Positions 1-11,900 of a DNA stretch of 64,000 bases are shown piece after piece. The notes beneath the pieces were generated by a model. It was given only the letters and a program-made list of their open reading frames with translations, ran no database searches and was not told the DNA's origin. Position numbers and translations under genes: made by a program. Within the stretch, counting starts at the first letter, position 1, and each line of letters begins with the position of its first letter. The DNA is from Macrostomum lignano (taxonomy: Eukaryota). Location: positions 31,846-95,845 of the forward strand of contig NIVC01002572.1 of the NCBI GenBank assembly GCA_002269645.1, read 5' to 3'.

Positions 1-1744
1 GGTTTCAGTTCTATAAGGACTGAGCGTGGATTCGCCCGGACTGGTCGATATCAAACCCACACCCCCATCTTAATGTACACATCGCGGGGTTGGAGCGTTC
101 ACTTGTGCGCGCCCGCTTTGTTCTCCCTCTCGATGTCTCTCTCAGCTGATGATTTACCCTACTGTGGGGGGGAAAGCAGAGCTGACCCCCTCCCCCCCAA
201 ACAGCGTGTGCTTGTGCTATATAGACGAAACGAGCGGTGAGTCATCTGGAAATCAAGCCCCCCGTAGCGTACGAACGTTAGGTTAGGGTCTACATGATGA
301 TAAAATAGTCATTGGATAAATATATTTATACGGTAATGATTATATTTTTGTTTATAATGGTATGGTATTGTTAAATGTTAAATAGTACTCGTCGTATGGT
401 TACGTGAAATTTTCTATTAAAATGAATTGTTGCTTACTACAGTTCCTGACTTCCTAGTACTGTTCTTATTATAAGTGCCCTCAGACGTTCCTGACCCTGA
501 AATAAGTGATGCATAATTGGGGGCTTACTTTCACAACCGCAGTGCCAGTGCCGGTGCTCGACGAAGCAAAGTCAAAATCGAAGAAACGATCGAATTGCAA
601 ATGCGATTGCGATTGTGAGAGTTGCTGATTTGACTGTTTTTGCTGCTGCGGCTGCTGGCTGCTGCTTTGACTCTGACCATGATGATGATGCTGATGGTGA
701 CGGTGCTGATGATGCTGATGTCTGCACTGTTTGTTGTTACTGTCCTGCATGAATCTTTACTGCCGCGAGACTAAAGACTTAATGATAGGGATTTCAATTT
801 GGTCCTAATTTGACTTGTATATATTGCAAATAAACAATTGCAGCGAGGATTGAACGGATCCAGAAGGTGCAGGCAGCTGGTACTATCCTAGTGGAATAGA
901 AACAGAGGGCAAGCAGTAGCAGAAATATTTAGACGCGGAAATGCCTACTGCCGCGGCCTGAAGCAGTTCAGGCACTTTTATAGGAGCGCAATCCATGACG
1001 AAGGCCCGAAACCGAGTCGAACAACCCCATGTCGGCTGCCTCGCGATCCTCCTACGCAACAGGCGCGGGTACGTGATCCCGATTCCCCTCCCGTCTCCAG
1101 TTCGTCCGGAGGCCAGCCAATGACCTGACAACTGTTGCCGACATACAGCAGTAAGCCTCTCCAAACTTCGTTTACCTGCAACTCCAACCCTCAGCCAGAA
1201 CTTCCACACACAAGTCTACAACCAGACGTTTCATTTCCAATTGGATCGTGAAAAAAGAGGTAGCGGCTGGATAGCAAACAGGAATGCAGTATTAAGCACC
1301 TTCTTTTGCACAAAGGAAGTGAAACTTGCGTACACTATACACAACCAATGACAAGGAACTACAGAAGTTGTGTACGCCTAGAAGATCGAGCGTGGATCGG
1401 ACCGAATTCCTGCTAGCGAAGTAAGTATACGAGAAACGACTTAATTAGCTTTTTAACTCGTGTAAAAAATTGGGTAGGCCTATTGCTATTTGTTGTCATC
1501 GACCGATGCAGAAAGCACTGTTGCTGACCACAGCTGCAAGCTTCAATACACAGATACACAGGTGCATTCGTGCAGTGTATGTTTCTTAACCATCTGCAGA
1601 CGGCCGAGATGCAGGGAATGCATTTTGGAAGAATCAAACATACTGAAAACTGCAAAAGGGACTGGCAGTCCTATCCTCACCTCGTTTCATTAAAATTACA
1701 TGCAACTCGATATTGGCAAATTAATTTGCTGCTTTATCTGCAAC

Positions 1745-2150
1745 TGCCGGCTCGACACCGACAGCCTGAAGGTCGCCCTATTCAGGGGACTTTTAGTCCC
1801 CGCTCTATATTCCGCTCGGCAGTTGAGGTGCTGACCTTACGGGCTGGAGGCTGTTCCCATGACTTGCTGACTGCTACCCGCGTGCCGCCCAGGGCCGCAC
1901 CTTGCAAAGGCGACGCCAGATGTTAAGGGGCCCCGCTCGCCGACCTGCACTCAGGCCACCCTGTTGAAGACTCCGTCGGAGCCATACTCGCTGCACCACT
2001 CTGGCGGATACTTTTCTCTCTGATTTACAGGCTGAGTCAGGCTCTGGGTCTCTCGTACTCCTCGGTCTGCAACTAAGGCGGGACTCAGCTGCTTTCCACC
2101 AGCGTGTGCTTCGCTGACCCCTGTGGCTGTCTGTTTAATAATAATAATGC
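1745..2150 (+). mobile_element. Degenerate 3' end of a non-LTR (RTE-like) retrotransposon
   Basis: Broken frames give RLDTDSLKVALFRG / VEVLTL / LQRRRQML, resembling the post-RT region of RTE-clade ORFs (K.RLF.A...YGAE.WTLT; L.RRRL.LAGH). It ends in a (TAA)n-type tail at ~2137-2149. Frameshifted, with stops. Confidence 0.4.
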
Positions 2151-2593
2151 TCATGTACAATACCAGCAGCGCAGACTTGTGCACCCTTACGCAGTGAGTT
2201 GTTACTCCCACTATGCGGCGGTCATCTATCATGTACCTACAGCGTCTTAACATTATTGCACATACATTTTCTTACTTTTACTTTGCTAATGCCAGAACTA
2301 TTTGATGCATGTACATGTACACTGATTAGATTTTAATATTCACCTCACTAAGCCAGATTCCCTGTTTATCCGCCCTACGTTGAAATAAATAAAATAGTGC
2401 GAGAAAAGGCATCCATTTTTGCGGGTATATTTAGCCATGGAACTACAACTCAACTTTTTTTAACAAACTGTGAAAATCTTAGATATAGACGATAACGGTT
2501 TGGCAAAAATAGTTTTCAAAGTCTTCGGAAAACGGTTATTACTCGTGAAACAGTTTTTTAGAAAACGTTTTTTAACCTCGATACTGAGAGGTT

Positions 2594-2928
2594 GGGGCTT
2601 CGCGATCGATATCGAGGGTTATGGGCTTCGCGATCGATATCGAGGGTTATGGGCTTCTCGATCGATATCGAGGGTTATGGGCTTCTCGATCGATATCGAG
2701 GGTTATGGGCTTCTCGATCGATATCGAGGGTTATGGGCTTCTCGGTCGATATCGAGGGTTATGGGCTTCGCGATCGATATCGAGGGTTATGGGCTTCTCG
2801 GTCGATATCGAGGGTTATGGGCTTCTCGATCGATATCGAGGGTTATGGGCTTCTCGATCGATATCGAGGGTTATGGGCTTCTCGGTCGATATCGAGGGTT
2901 ATGGGCTTCTCGATCGATATTGAGGGTT
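2594..2928. repeat. 28-bp minisatellite GGGCTTCTCGATCGATATCGAGGGTTAT, ~12 copies
   Basis: Direct tandem units. Each contains the perfect palindrome TCGATATCGA. Explains the overlapping ORFs at 2470-2945. Confidence 0.95.
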
Positions 2929-3264
2929 TGGGGCTAGGCGATTAATGGTATGGTTGGTGGAGCATTAATTTGCCATCAAAGCAAAAATGCAGCCAGTTCA
3001 ACACGCCAAATACGTACTGCACCTGCTAGCTGTAGTATCTCACTCTAGGCTTGAAAGTCTCAGTGACATTAAACAGCGGCTTCCAGCTTTTCCTCATGTA
3101 ATCATAGCCCAGGTGCAGGAAGCGGTGCACAGCCACAGTGCTGTTGTCAGAGTCATCCATGCTCCAGTTCTTCAACTTCAGCATGCGACAGCCGCGATCC
3201 AGCCAGCGAAGAAGATTCTTTCTCTCGGGCGGTTCTGCAAAGAGGAGCGTTTCGTTTTTTGATC

Positions 3265-3600
3265 AGCGGAGAAAGGGGGTAGAGAGCGAACTAATTAGGG
3301 ATTGGGAAAGGATATGCGAATCTAGAAGAGAGATCTACACAGGGGAGATCGCGGAGACAGTGGGATACAAGTGTGGACAAGAGTGAGAGGGGAGAGATTA
3401 GGAAGAGAGCGAATGTTAGCGGTTAGAAAGTGGAGATCAGCGGGTAGAGAGCGGAGATTAGCGGGTATGGGCGGAGATCGGAGCAGAAATGTATATAATC
3501 GGAAAGAAAGCGGAGACAAGCAGGAAATAATAATATGAGATATATGACTAGGAATAGGAGGAAGAAAGAGAGAGAGGCAAGCGGTGAGATTACGTATAAT
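3265..3600. repeat. Purine-rich (GA) low-complexity tract in GT32 intron
   Basis: Degenerate GGAGA/GAGAG-rich sequence between the exon ends at 3234 and 3676. Confidence 0.6.
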
Positions 3601-4084
3601 AAACTGAAAGTCGCATTGCCCCGGCAATTCCAGCTATCTGCTCTCTGCATGCAGAATACCAAGCTGGAGACTCACTGGCTCCGCGGCAGACACTCGTCCA
3701 GTTGGTCTGTCAGTCATCAGCAGGGAGGCCACGCTGGGTGGCAGCAGCGTCACCGGCCAGCTGCGGGCAGACCGGCTGTCTCTATAGTTCTTGTACACCT
3801 GTGTGAGAACCATCGGGCCAGTGGAGACGATAGCTGTACCGGGCAGCCTCTTGGCGAGCACTTTGTGCATCATGGATCTGAAGAAGGGATGCCCCGGCAC
3901 CGAGCCCATCAGGGAGTTCATGGCGCTGAAATTGGCGTCATGAATGATTCTGGTCAGCTCCAGCCGCTCCTGGTCGATGAAGGCCGCCTGCTGGGTGAGG
4001 CTTGGTCCGAACGGCTTCACGCATTCGACGTCCATGTCCAGGTAGATGCCTGAAAGAAAGCAACAGTTGATAGGAAAATCTGAG

Positions 4085-4350
4085 AGGATTCTGATGGAGA
4101 TCTGATTGAGATTCTGATGGAGATCTGATTGAGATTCTGATGGAGATCTGATTGAGATTCTGATGGATGATTCTAATGGGAATTCTGATGAAGATCTGGG
4201 AGGATTCTGATGGAGATCTGGGATGATTCTAATGGAGATTTGGGAGGATTCTGATGGAGATCTGGGAAATTCTGATGGATATCTGTGAGGATTCTAATGG
4301 AGATTTGGGAGGATTATGATGGAGATCTGTGAGGATTCTGATGGAGATCT
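4085..4350. repeat. ~23-bp minisatellite (GATTCTGATGGAGATCTG core) in GT32 intron
   Basis: About 11 degenerate tandem units inside the intron 4050-4439. Confidence 0.9.
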
Positions 4351-5529
4351 GGGAGAATTCGGACCAAGATATGAGCATTTTGGTGGAGATCTTGGATGCA
4401 CCACATTTTGTGACTCCATAAAAAGTGCAAGTGCAGCACCTCCGAACCGGTGCAGGATGACGTATCGAACGGCATCGGAGTACTGCAGGTTGTATTTGAA
4501 GCTCAGGTAAGTCTTCAAGTATTGAGGATATTCCTTGGAGATGAGAGCCCTGGCATCGGAGTCCCGCAGAATTTTAGGGATGTCGAAGGCAGCTGGGGGA
4601 TTTTCTTGTCTGTGATTGGCAGCACCCTGTTGAACTCCATGAGAAGAGATTGGATAGCTATGTGTTAGTTGACTATCTTCAGCTGTTGCATGAGCCGCCG
4701 AGTTGATGTATTTGTAGCATAGTAGTGCCTGAAATTGCAGTGTAGTTTGAGTAAAACATTAGCACAGTCTCTTCTCTTCACTTGACCCTCAATGAGGTAG
4801 GCAGTCGTAGGCACACAAGTTACCGACAGCGTCTTCTACCAGCAGCGTCTTCTAAAGCCACCGATCCAACCAACTGGCATGGGAACAATACCAGCTTCGC
4901 CATCAACGCGTCTTCGATCCTACTGGAGACAATACGGCTTTACCAAGCTACAGCGTAAGACAGCGTAAGACTGCCTCATCAGCATTAGCAGCCAGCATAA
5001 TCTGCGGATCAGTTTGTCATCAGCCGCCTCCAGGCCTGCGCCCTCACAAATTCCCATTTTGCTAACATATTATTAGATACTTGAGTCTGCGCCGACCGTA
5101 TTTGGTCATTTACTTACTCAATAGCGAACTAAGTAATCATAGGGTTTACTATCCTTATTAAGCTGTTTAAATTTATTCGCCTAAATAATCAAATCCCTCG
5201 TTAATCAATCATAATAGCTTGCTAAGTCACTTCCTCGGGCAGTGAAGCATGGGGAAGCGGTGGACGGCTGTGAACAGGCTCCTGGGGGTGCCGCGAGTGT
5301 GAGAGCCTGAGCAGAGAGATCTACGAGGTAGCTATTAGGATTTGAAGGCCCGGGAAGCATCCCCACTCCTGAATGCAGGACCCTTCTCGCACCATTGAGC
5401 TTACGTTTCCATCATATTACTCTGAGTAGACTAGTACGCTGTTATTTTCGTCACAAAGGATCCCTGTTGAATCTGTAACAAGAAGCCTGTGACGGCGCCA
5501 ACTTCTATGTGACCGTCTCAGCATTCCAG

Positions 5530-7170
5530 CTTGCATTTCCGCAAAGTCACCGAAACGCGCTTAACTGCTGCGGTGGCCAACAACGGCAAGACCAAGCGTC
5601 GGCGAGTTGAAAGTCGGCGTAAGCGAAACTTACGAGGTCGGCAACGAGGTTCCGTCCGTCGAGCTGCTGCCATCCTTGGCCAACTGGATCTTCCAGGTGG
5701 CGCCGGAGAACGTGATGCTCACTGTCATTGAGCCCCAGCTGTACGAACTCGTCCCACACTTCGAGTCGGGACGCTAAACTGCCGCACTCTCAAGGCCGCC
5801 TGGTGGAGAGGGCTGCTAGCGCAGCTATCGCTCGACCTTAGATGCGATGTCATATCGGTGCAAGAGGTGTCTATCAGAGCCGACCCGGAATTCATTGTGA
5901 GGACCTGGGCGCCGGTTGGACCTTCTGGTACACGTCGGCGGACCAACGAGGGGAGTTGGAGCGCTGATCGGACCGAGGCTGCAGCAGAGCTGTCGCTGCA
6001 TCTCTTTGTCTGGCCGGCTGCTTCGGGTCGACGTCCGGCTTCGCAGCCGGAACGCTCGTCTGTTCTGGATGTACGCGCCTCCTGCCATCCGACCTGACGA
6101 GGCTCAAGTCTTCTTCGAGCAGCTCTCGGCGCGGGTGGAGGAGACGGCACAGCGTGACACAGTGGTCGTCCTGACTGAGACTGAACGCGGTTTTTCGTAG
6201 GTCCGAGTGGTCGGTGCTTGTTACACCGCGCGAGAACGGCAAACACCGGAGCTCCTGAGGACTTCTTGGAGAGACAGGAAATGCAGGTTTCGGCCAACAC
6301 CCGCTTCCGCAAGCTACCCGGCAGGCTCGCAACCTTCGTGGGCTGCAAGCGGAGGCGGAGGAATGCACGCGGCCGGAATGCGACGCGGAGGCAGGCACAG
6401 CTCGATCACGTGCTTGTGCGCTTTCGTGAGCGCTGCCGTGACGCCAACTGCCGCAACATCACGCCGCTGGCTCTGCGGTCCGACCATCGGCTCCTCATCT
6501 GCGACCTGTGTGTACGCGATCCGCTTTACCGTCCGCCGAAGCGGCGCCTTCGCTAGCGCCTTCGTTAGCGCGCTTGGCGACAGGTGCGGGCGCGCCGAGT
6601 ATACGGAGGTAAAAGCCGCGATTAGAACTGCATCGGAGCAAGCATTCCTGCTGAAGCAACCGGCCCAACGTAGGCAGCGGGTCTGGCAGGATGACCCTGC
6701 AATTCGGCAAGCGAGGACAGAGCTGGAGAGGCTCCGTCTGGCCAACTCTGTCTACCTGCAGCTACAACAGGCCGCTGTTGACGACGCCATCCAGGTCACC
6801 ACCGCTGGACCCTACGCCAAAGGGCGCGTGGCCTAGTCCGCCATCAGCGCTCTGACCGAGTGAAAGCGGTGCATCCCACACAACCTGGCTGGCGATACTC
6901 CGGATGAGCGCAGAAATGAGCTGCGCGAGTTCTTCACCGCCATCGTCAATGCGCCACCGCCCCCGCTGCCAAATGATCTGAGGCTGCCACCGGGGACGCC
7001 ATTGAGTCTTGACGCCGAGAGTTTCAATGTAGCCACAGTCAGCACAGCCGACCTTGTTATACTCGCCATGAAGACTCCGGGCGGCAAAGTGCTGTGTCCA
7101 GACAAGGTGCCTATCCACGACTCGAAGGTGCGACTCCAGTGTGTGGCCAGCGAGGTGGCCAGTGAACATA
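5530..7170 (+). mobile_element. Degenerate non-LTR retrotransposon (RTE-like): APE endonuclease plus linker, truncated at the start of RT
   Basis: Frameshifted pieces carry APE motifs GVGALIGPRL, RLLRVDVRL, YAPPA...FFEQL...DTVVVL (broken GDxNA site), QLDHVLV and SDHRLL. These are followed by FFTAIVNAPPPPLP and TADLVILAMKTPGGKVLCPDKVPI (decayed K.PGPD.IP pre-RT motif). The 5' boundary is approximate. Confidence 0.85.
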
Positions 7171-8649
7171 CGTGGTGATGCGCAAATGTATGTCCGTATT
7201 AAAAGTACTCGTAGTTCACTTTAATCATTTTAGGTGGTGCACCTGATTCAGCAAAAAAGACATTTGTCTATGGCCTGCTCTGCAGGCCTTCGGGCTTTTA
7301 AGCGATCTGACAGAACCAAGCTTGGGCGGAAAGTGGTTTTAAGTGACTCTTGTCAATACCCTCGCACGAGATCATTTAAGCACGCTTAATAACATGCACA
7401 TGTAGGTCCTTCGTGTAAAACAAACTACATAGATGAGCAACCCAAGTAGCATTAGTAATAACTAATTATTATAACTAAGTTATTAGTAATAACTTAGTGT
7501 TAAGATAAGTCATGACTTACATGCAAGCCATAGATGTACACGTAAATGTAGTCAATGCAAAGCGCTCAGCAAATCGTTATCTGTTCAGGAAACATGGGAT
7601 TGGCTTGCAGCTTACAAAAGCATTATTACTGTAGATACATGATGCCGAGTATAGTCTACCCAGTTCAGCTTCGGTATGTACAACCAGTTTAGTAAATTGA
7701 CAAGAATGCTGCCAAACTGGTGTAACCTGTCCATTCCGCCAGCTCCACCGAGCAGGTACGCAAGCGAGCGGATACGTACGCAGTCATTCGCATGGGCGCA
7801 CACAGGAGTGCACAGCGGCCGTAACTTTTTTATCCTTAGACGTGAACAACCTCACCGTGTCTTAGGGTTGGCCCTCCAGGGCGTTAACTGCATCAACAGA
7901 CCTAAGCCGCGATGTTCATTTAACCCCAAATTTATAATATGACTGCACAATTGGAATCGAGTCTAGGCCGCTCGATCACAGTCATCAGAGTACCGCGCCA
8001 GACCACTTAGGCTACAGCACCCTCACTGCTCCACTGTTTTCACCCTGACCAATGTAACGATATACAGATTTTTTCGGCAACAGTTGCGTAAGATGAAGTG
8101 CTGCGTAGCGGCTGAAGCTTAGTAAAATAATTGCTGCCGTGAAAGAAGCTTTTTGTAGTAGAAAAGTCCTGAGACGTAATCATAGGTCGAATTAGCCTAA
8201 GAACTCTTCTTAGTTCAGATCGCAAAGGATCAGATAATGCAATCCGCGGTCACGAAGTCTTAAACAAACAGTTTAAGAGTTTAACAGCGCTTAAGCTGTT
8301 ACGCTAGGAATACTACCCCACAGCTAGTACTCTCCCTGACTCACTGTCCTCTCCCTGACTTACTACTGGCACCCTCCGGAGCCTATCCCCTCCCTGAGTC
8401 GCCGTCCCCTCCCTGACTCGATCACTGCCCCCTGACCATCCTGCACTTCCACTCAGTAATATTCAACTGAATCCTCTCTTGCATACTTCCTCTTTGCCCT
8501 CTTGCATACCTAATTCATACCAACCGTGCTACTGCTGTGGATCAGCCGCAAACCGCGTTAGCGTCAGATGTTATTATGGTATGTTTGCCGGCTGTAGATT
8601 GTTGCCGGAAATTAACGGATGCATTCGGCTATAGAAAAGAATCAAAACA

Positions 8650-9113
8650 TGGTCCAACGTCGTACGGCGACAAGAACTCCGTTGCAACGCAGCTGAATGA
8701 TTCTCCGATAATGAATTTTTATTTACCTGCATGGCGATTGACCGACGGAGATTCCAAAGTGCCGTTGAATGTCCGCACGAAAACAGATGAGAGACTTCGG
8801 CGAGTATAGTAGTGTTCCATCCTGCTTTCGAAGAGACGAATAAAAAAGCCTCAGATATCATTAAAAATTCGATCTGATACATGCTCAAACTCTGGCAGAG
8901 TCCCTTCTCATTAAGGAACTGGCGGAACCTTGCCACGTGAAGTTTTTGCTGAGTCTCGGTCGATTTCGGCACAGATTCTTTCTCAATCCGTGGGTCCAGC
9001 ATTTGAAGATCTTCTCTAGTTAGCTCAGGCAGCACTTCGGTACAGGACGACGCATTCAAATTGTTAATCTCCTGAACAAAGCGATAGCGCGACTCTCGGA
9101 TGACAAAAGCCAA
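8650..9113 (-). mobile_element. Crypton-type tyrosine-recombinase transposon relic (N-terminal part; DUF3504/ZMYM-KCTD1-like)
   Basis: Joining three frames gives KESVPKSTETQQKLHVARFRQFLNEKG..EFEHVSDRIFNDI-LRLFYSSLRKQDGTLLYSPKSLICFRADIQRHF. This matches the Crypton-A pattern (P.NT...T...V..F..FL; L..FY...RKKDG..Y...SL...RAAIQRHL). Two frameshifts; catalytic C-terminus not seen. Confidence 0.75.
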
Positions 9114-9558
9114 CTCGTCCGTGGAGATTCCATATATATTTCTCCACCAGGAATCATAGCTCCTTTTTCTATTGGTACATGTATTTAGAAATAAAGCTCA
9201 AAATCCACTAAAGAATTAATTTATGACAGGCTAATCGTCTTCACTGTCCTTTCCAATTACCATAAATGATTGACTGATTCTCTTTACTGCTCTTTCAAAG
9301 TGCCACAGACAGAAGAGTTGTCTAGACATCCGGCAAACAATCATATTTAATACAAAAGAATACATTAATGGCATATGTAAATCAACTAGTCTGTATATTC
9401 TACAAATTCTCCTTAGCGAATCACCAGCAAATCCTGTTTAATCGGCGTTCTGAAGCACGGCATTCTCTTCGACCGCTCAGCAACGACCATAGCTACCCTC
9501 CCCCTGAGCCTGAGGAACTCAGCAGTCGGCGCTTTCTTCACAGTTTGTTTGTTTAAAC

Positions 9559-11067
9559 TAGGGGGCGACCGGGACGGCCAAAGTCGGGCCCGGGTCGGGC
9601 CCGGGAATGAGGACTCGGGCCCGGGTCGGGCCTCGGGAATTCGGGACAAGATCTTTAGGACAGCTCAATAATTGGAAAAAAATCATAATAAATCTTAATA
9701 CTTTTAGCATATGCGGATTACTATTAAATATATAATAAATATATTAATATATTAAATCTAATATAATATATTAAATGTATAATAAATATATGATAAACAT
9801 TAAATATATTATAATATATGAATATATTAAATATATAATAATATATAAATATAATATATTATATTAAATATATAATAAATATTATTTTTATTTAATACAT
9901 TAGTTAAGACTTCAGAATAGATAAGAGTTACATTAAAAGACTTAATACTCAAATATCAATATACTCAATAGTTCAAATTCAATGTCACTGTGTGGCACAA
10001 GTACTGTGTGTGTGCCAGTGACAGTGACACTAACACTTAACAGGCAGTGAGGTAGGCAAGCAGGCACTGCGGTAGTGCGGCTGGCACTGGCAGTGGCAGT
10101 AAGCAAAAAGAAGAAAAGCTGAAGCATTAAGTGTAAGGCACTTGGCATTGGAAGCAGTAAGGAAGTAAGAACCAAATCAATTGATTGATTCTTTTATTTG
10201 AATTTTTAGTTCCTTTACATAGCTTCAATATAAAGAGCCATGTACACAGTCAGTATTCAGTAAGACAACAAGACAAGACAACAGAACAGAACACAAGTGA
10301 AGTGACAACACAACACAACACTCAACTGTCTCAACAGAACAGGCAAACAGACAATGGAAATACAAGTAATTAGCTGATACCTGCCTACCTGCTCACCTAC
10401 CTACCTAAACGAATATGATTACGAATACGATACTGAGTCTACAACTACAACTACCTACGAATACAATACAAATATGAACACGATTACAAACTCTGATAGA
10501 TAGCAAACTTCTTGGAAAAATGGTAGCCTTGGCCCTTAATAAGTACTTCTTGGAACGTAAATAGGAAATGTTATTTACAAAAGCTTAAAAATGACAAATC
10601 AACTTTTTAAAGAATCATATTTTTGCTTTTAGCCTGCAGCCTGCAGCGTGTAAAGTGGAATCAATATTGCATCAACTATGTTTTAATTTTATCTTCCTGG
10701 AAAAAATCCGATCTTCCTGGAAAGTGGAAACTGGCTGTGGCTGACGCTCACGGTCACAGACACTCACGCTTAGAGCCTACTACGAATCAATGATATTGCT
10801 ACTTCACATCATATCATCTATTACTATTACTGCAGTCGTGCAGTGCTTGAGTCTTGAGTGCTGATGCAATGCTTAACTGAGTGTTGTGCTGTGCTGTGAA
10901 TAAAAATAATTTTATTCTTATTTGCACGCAGTTAGTGCCTTTAGGGAAAAAAGACTTGTCCCGATTTCCCGACTTTTTTAGGGTCGGGCCCGGGCCCGGG
11001 TCGGGCCACGATTTTGGTCGGGATTCCCGACTTTTCGGGCCCGGGCCCGGGACTGGGTCGCCCCCTA
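9559..11067. mobile_element. Non-autonomous hAT DNA transposon (~1.5 kb)
   Basis: TIR TAGGGGGCGACC at both ends. Perfect 8-bp TSD GTTTAAAC (9551-9558 and 11068-11075). Clustered subterminal TCGGGCCCGGG motifs at both ends. AT-rich interior, no transposase ORF. Confidence 0.92.
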
Positions 11068-11900
11068 GTTTAAACTGACTTGGACTGTCGGAAATTCAGC
11101 AACGATTCAAACCCTAAAAATAACCGCTCCAAAAACTTCTCCCTAAGGCCTTGTCCTCAATCGTCTTTCGAGTTTCTCAATTGAATTGCTGATAGGCTGA
11201 ATTGACTTCGACTTTGTTCAGAATTGGAGGTAAAATGATGTAGCTTAAGTCTATCTCTGTTTCTATATTTCTCTAGCTATATTATTAGTTTTCGTCGGCT
11301 CGTTGCCAAGGCAAATAAGCTTATGCCGGGGATGTAAGTAAGTATGAGGTATGCGAGCACATTTTGGGACATTAGCTGCTATTAAAAATACTATTAAAAT
11401 ATAAAGTACAAGTGTTTTCTACACTTGCTTTACCTTTCTCTCGAGCTTTCATCAGACTTATATAGCCATATAGTAGGCCTGACTGCATTCAAAATTGTAA
11501 AAATTGGCAATTTCCTAGTTTCCCGCGTTAAATTAGGGGGCCTATTTTGTCCGAAAATTTAAAACAAACAAACAAACCAGTACACAAACCACCCATACAC
11601 AAAGTCAACCAGCTGGCGCAACGTCAGGTGGCTTTTTTTTTCAAAGAAGCTACCCTTTCGGATAGAACTCTGCGTTCAACAGATAGGACAAGACTAGGCA
11701 TATCCGTCTATATAGTCAGCTCCACCCCAACATTGAAACCGCATAGCTGGAGGTTCCTGACAATGGCTGTAGTTCCATGAGTTTGCTAGGCCTATTAGAT
11801 GATGGTTGCCAGCCAATGCATAAACATAGTCAACTTAGCATCAACTATCAATAGTACCAGATTGCAATGACTGATCTCAAGGTCACAGAGGTCAGTTGAT

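Larger units (their letters stand above)
3040..4728 (-). pseudogene. GT32 (DXD) glycosyltransferase, Sur1/Csh1 inositol-phosphoceramide mannosyltransferase-like; disrupted copy, first exon not located
   Basis: Exons 4728-4440, 4049-3676 and 3234-3040 with GT-AG ends. Spliced peptide: ...DIPKIL/RDSDARALISKEYPQYLKTY...SDAVRYVILHRFGG|[12 protein letters not shown]...[13 protein letters not shown]...STGPMVLT. The HQTW...W segment that normally follows IPKI is absent (in-frame loss). A frameshift near 3705-3715 is needed to reach the better last-exon frame (...[10 protein letters not shown]...). Confidence 0.8.

Noticed and set aside
140-250. Hammerhead-ribozyme-like words CTGATGA (146), GAAA, and GACGAAAC...GTC
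   Set aside because: I could not form canonical stems I and II around the core: the bases next to the putative cleavage site and after CTGATGA do not pair. An Infernal/RNAMotif search would be decisive.
481-750. His/Gln/Ser-rich 89-aa ORF
   Set aside because: Low-complexity trinucleotide-like sequence with no splice context or recognisable domain.
5335-5405. tRNA-like head on the minus strand (AGCTCAATGGT ... GGCCTTCAAATCC)
   Set aside because: The B-box is disrupted and no cloverleaf or SINE body could be supported; at most a decayed SINE.
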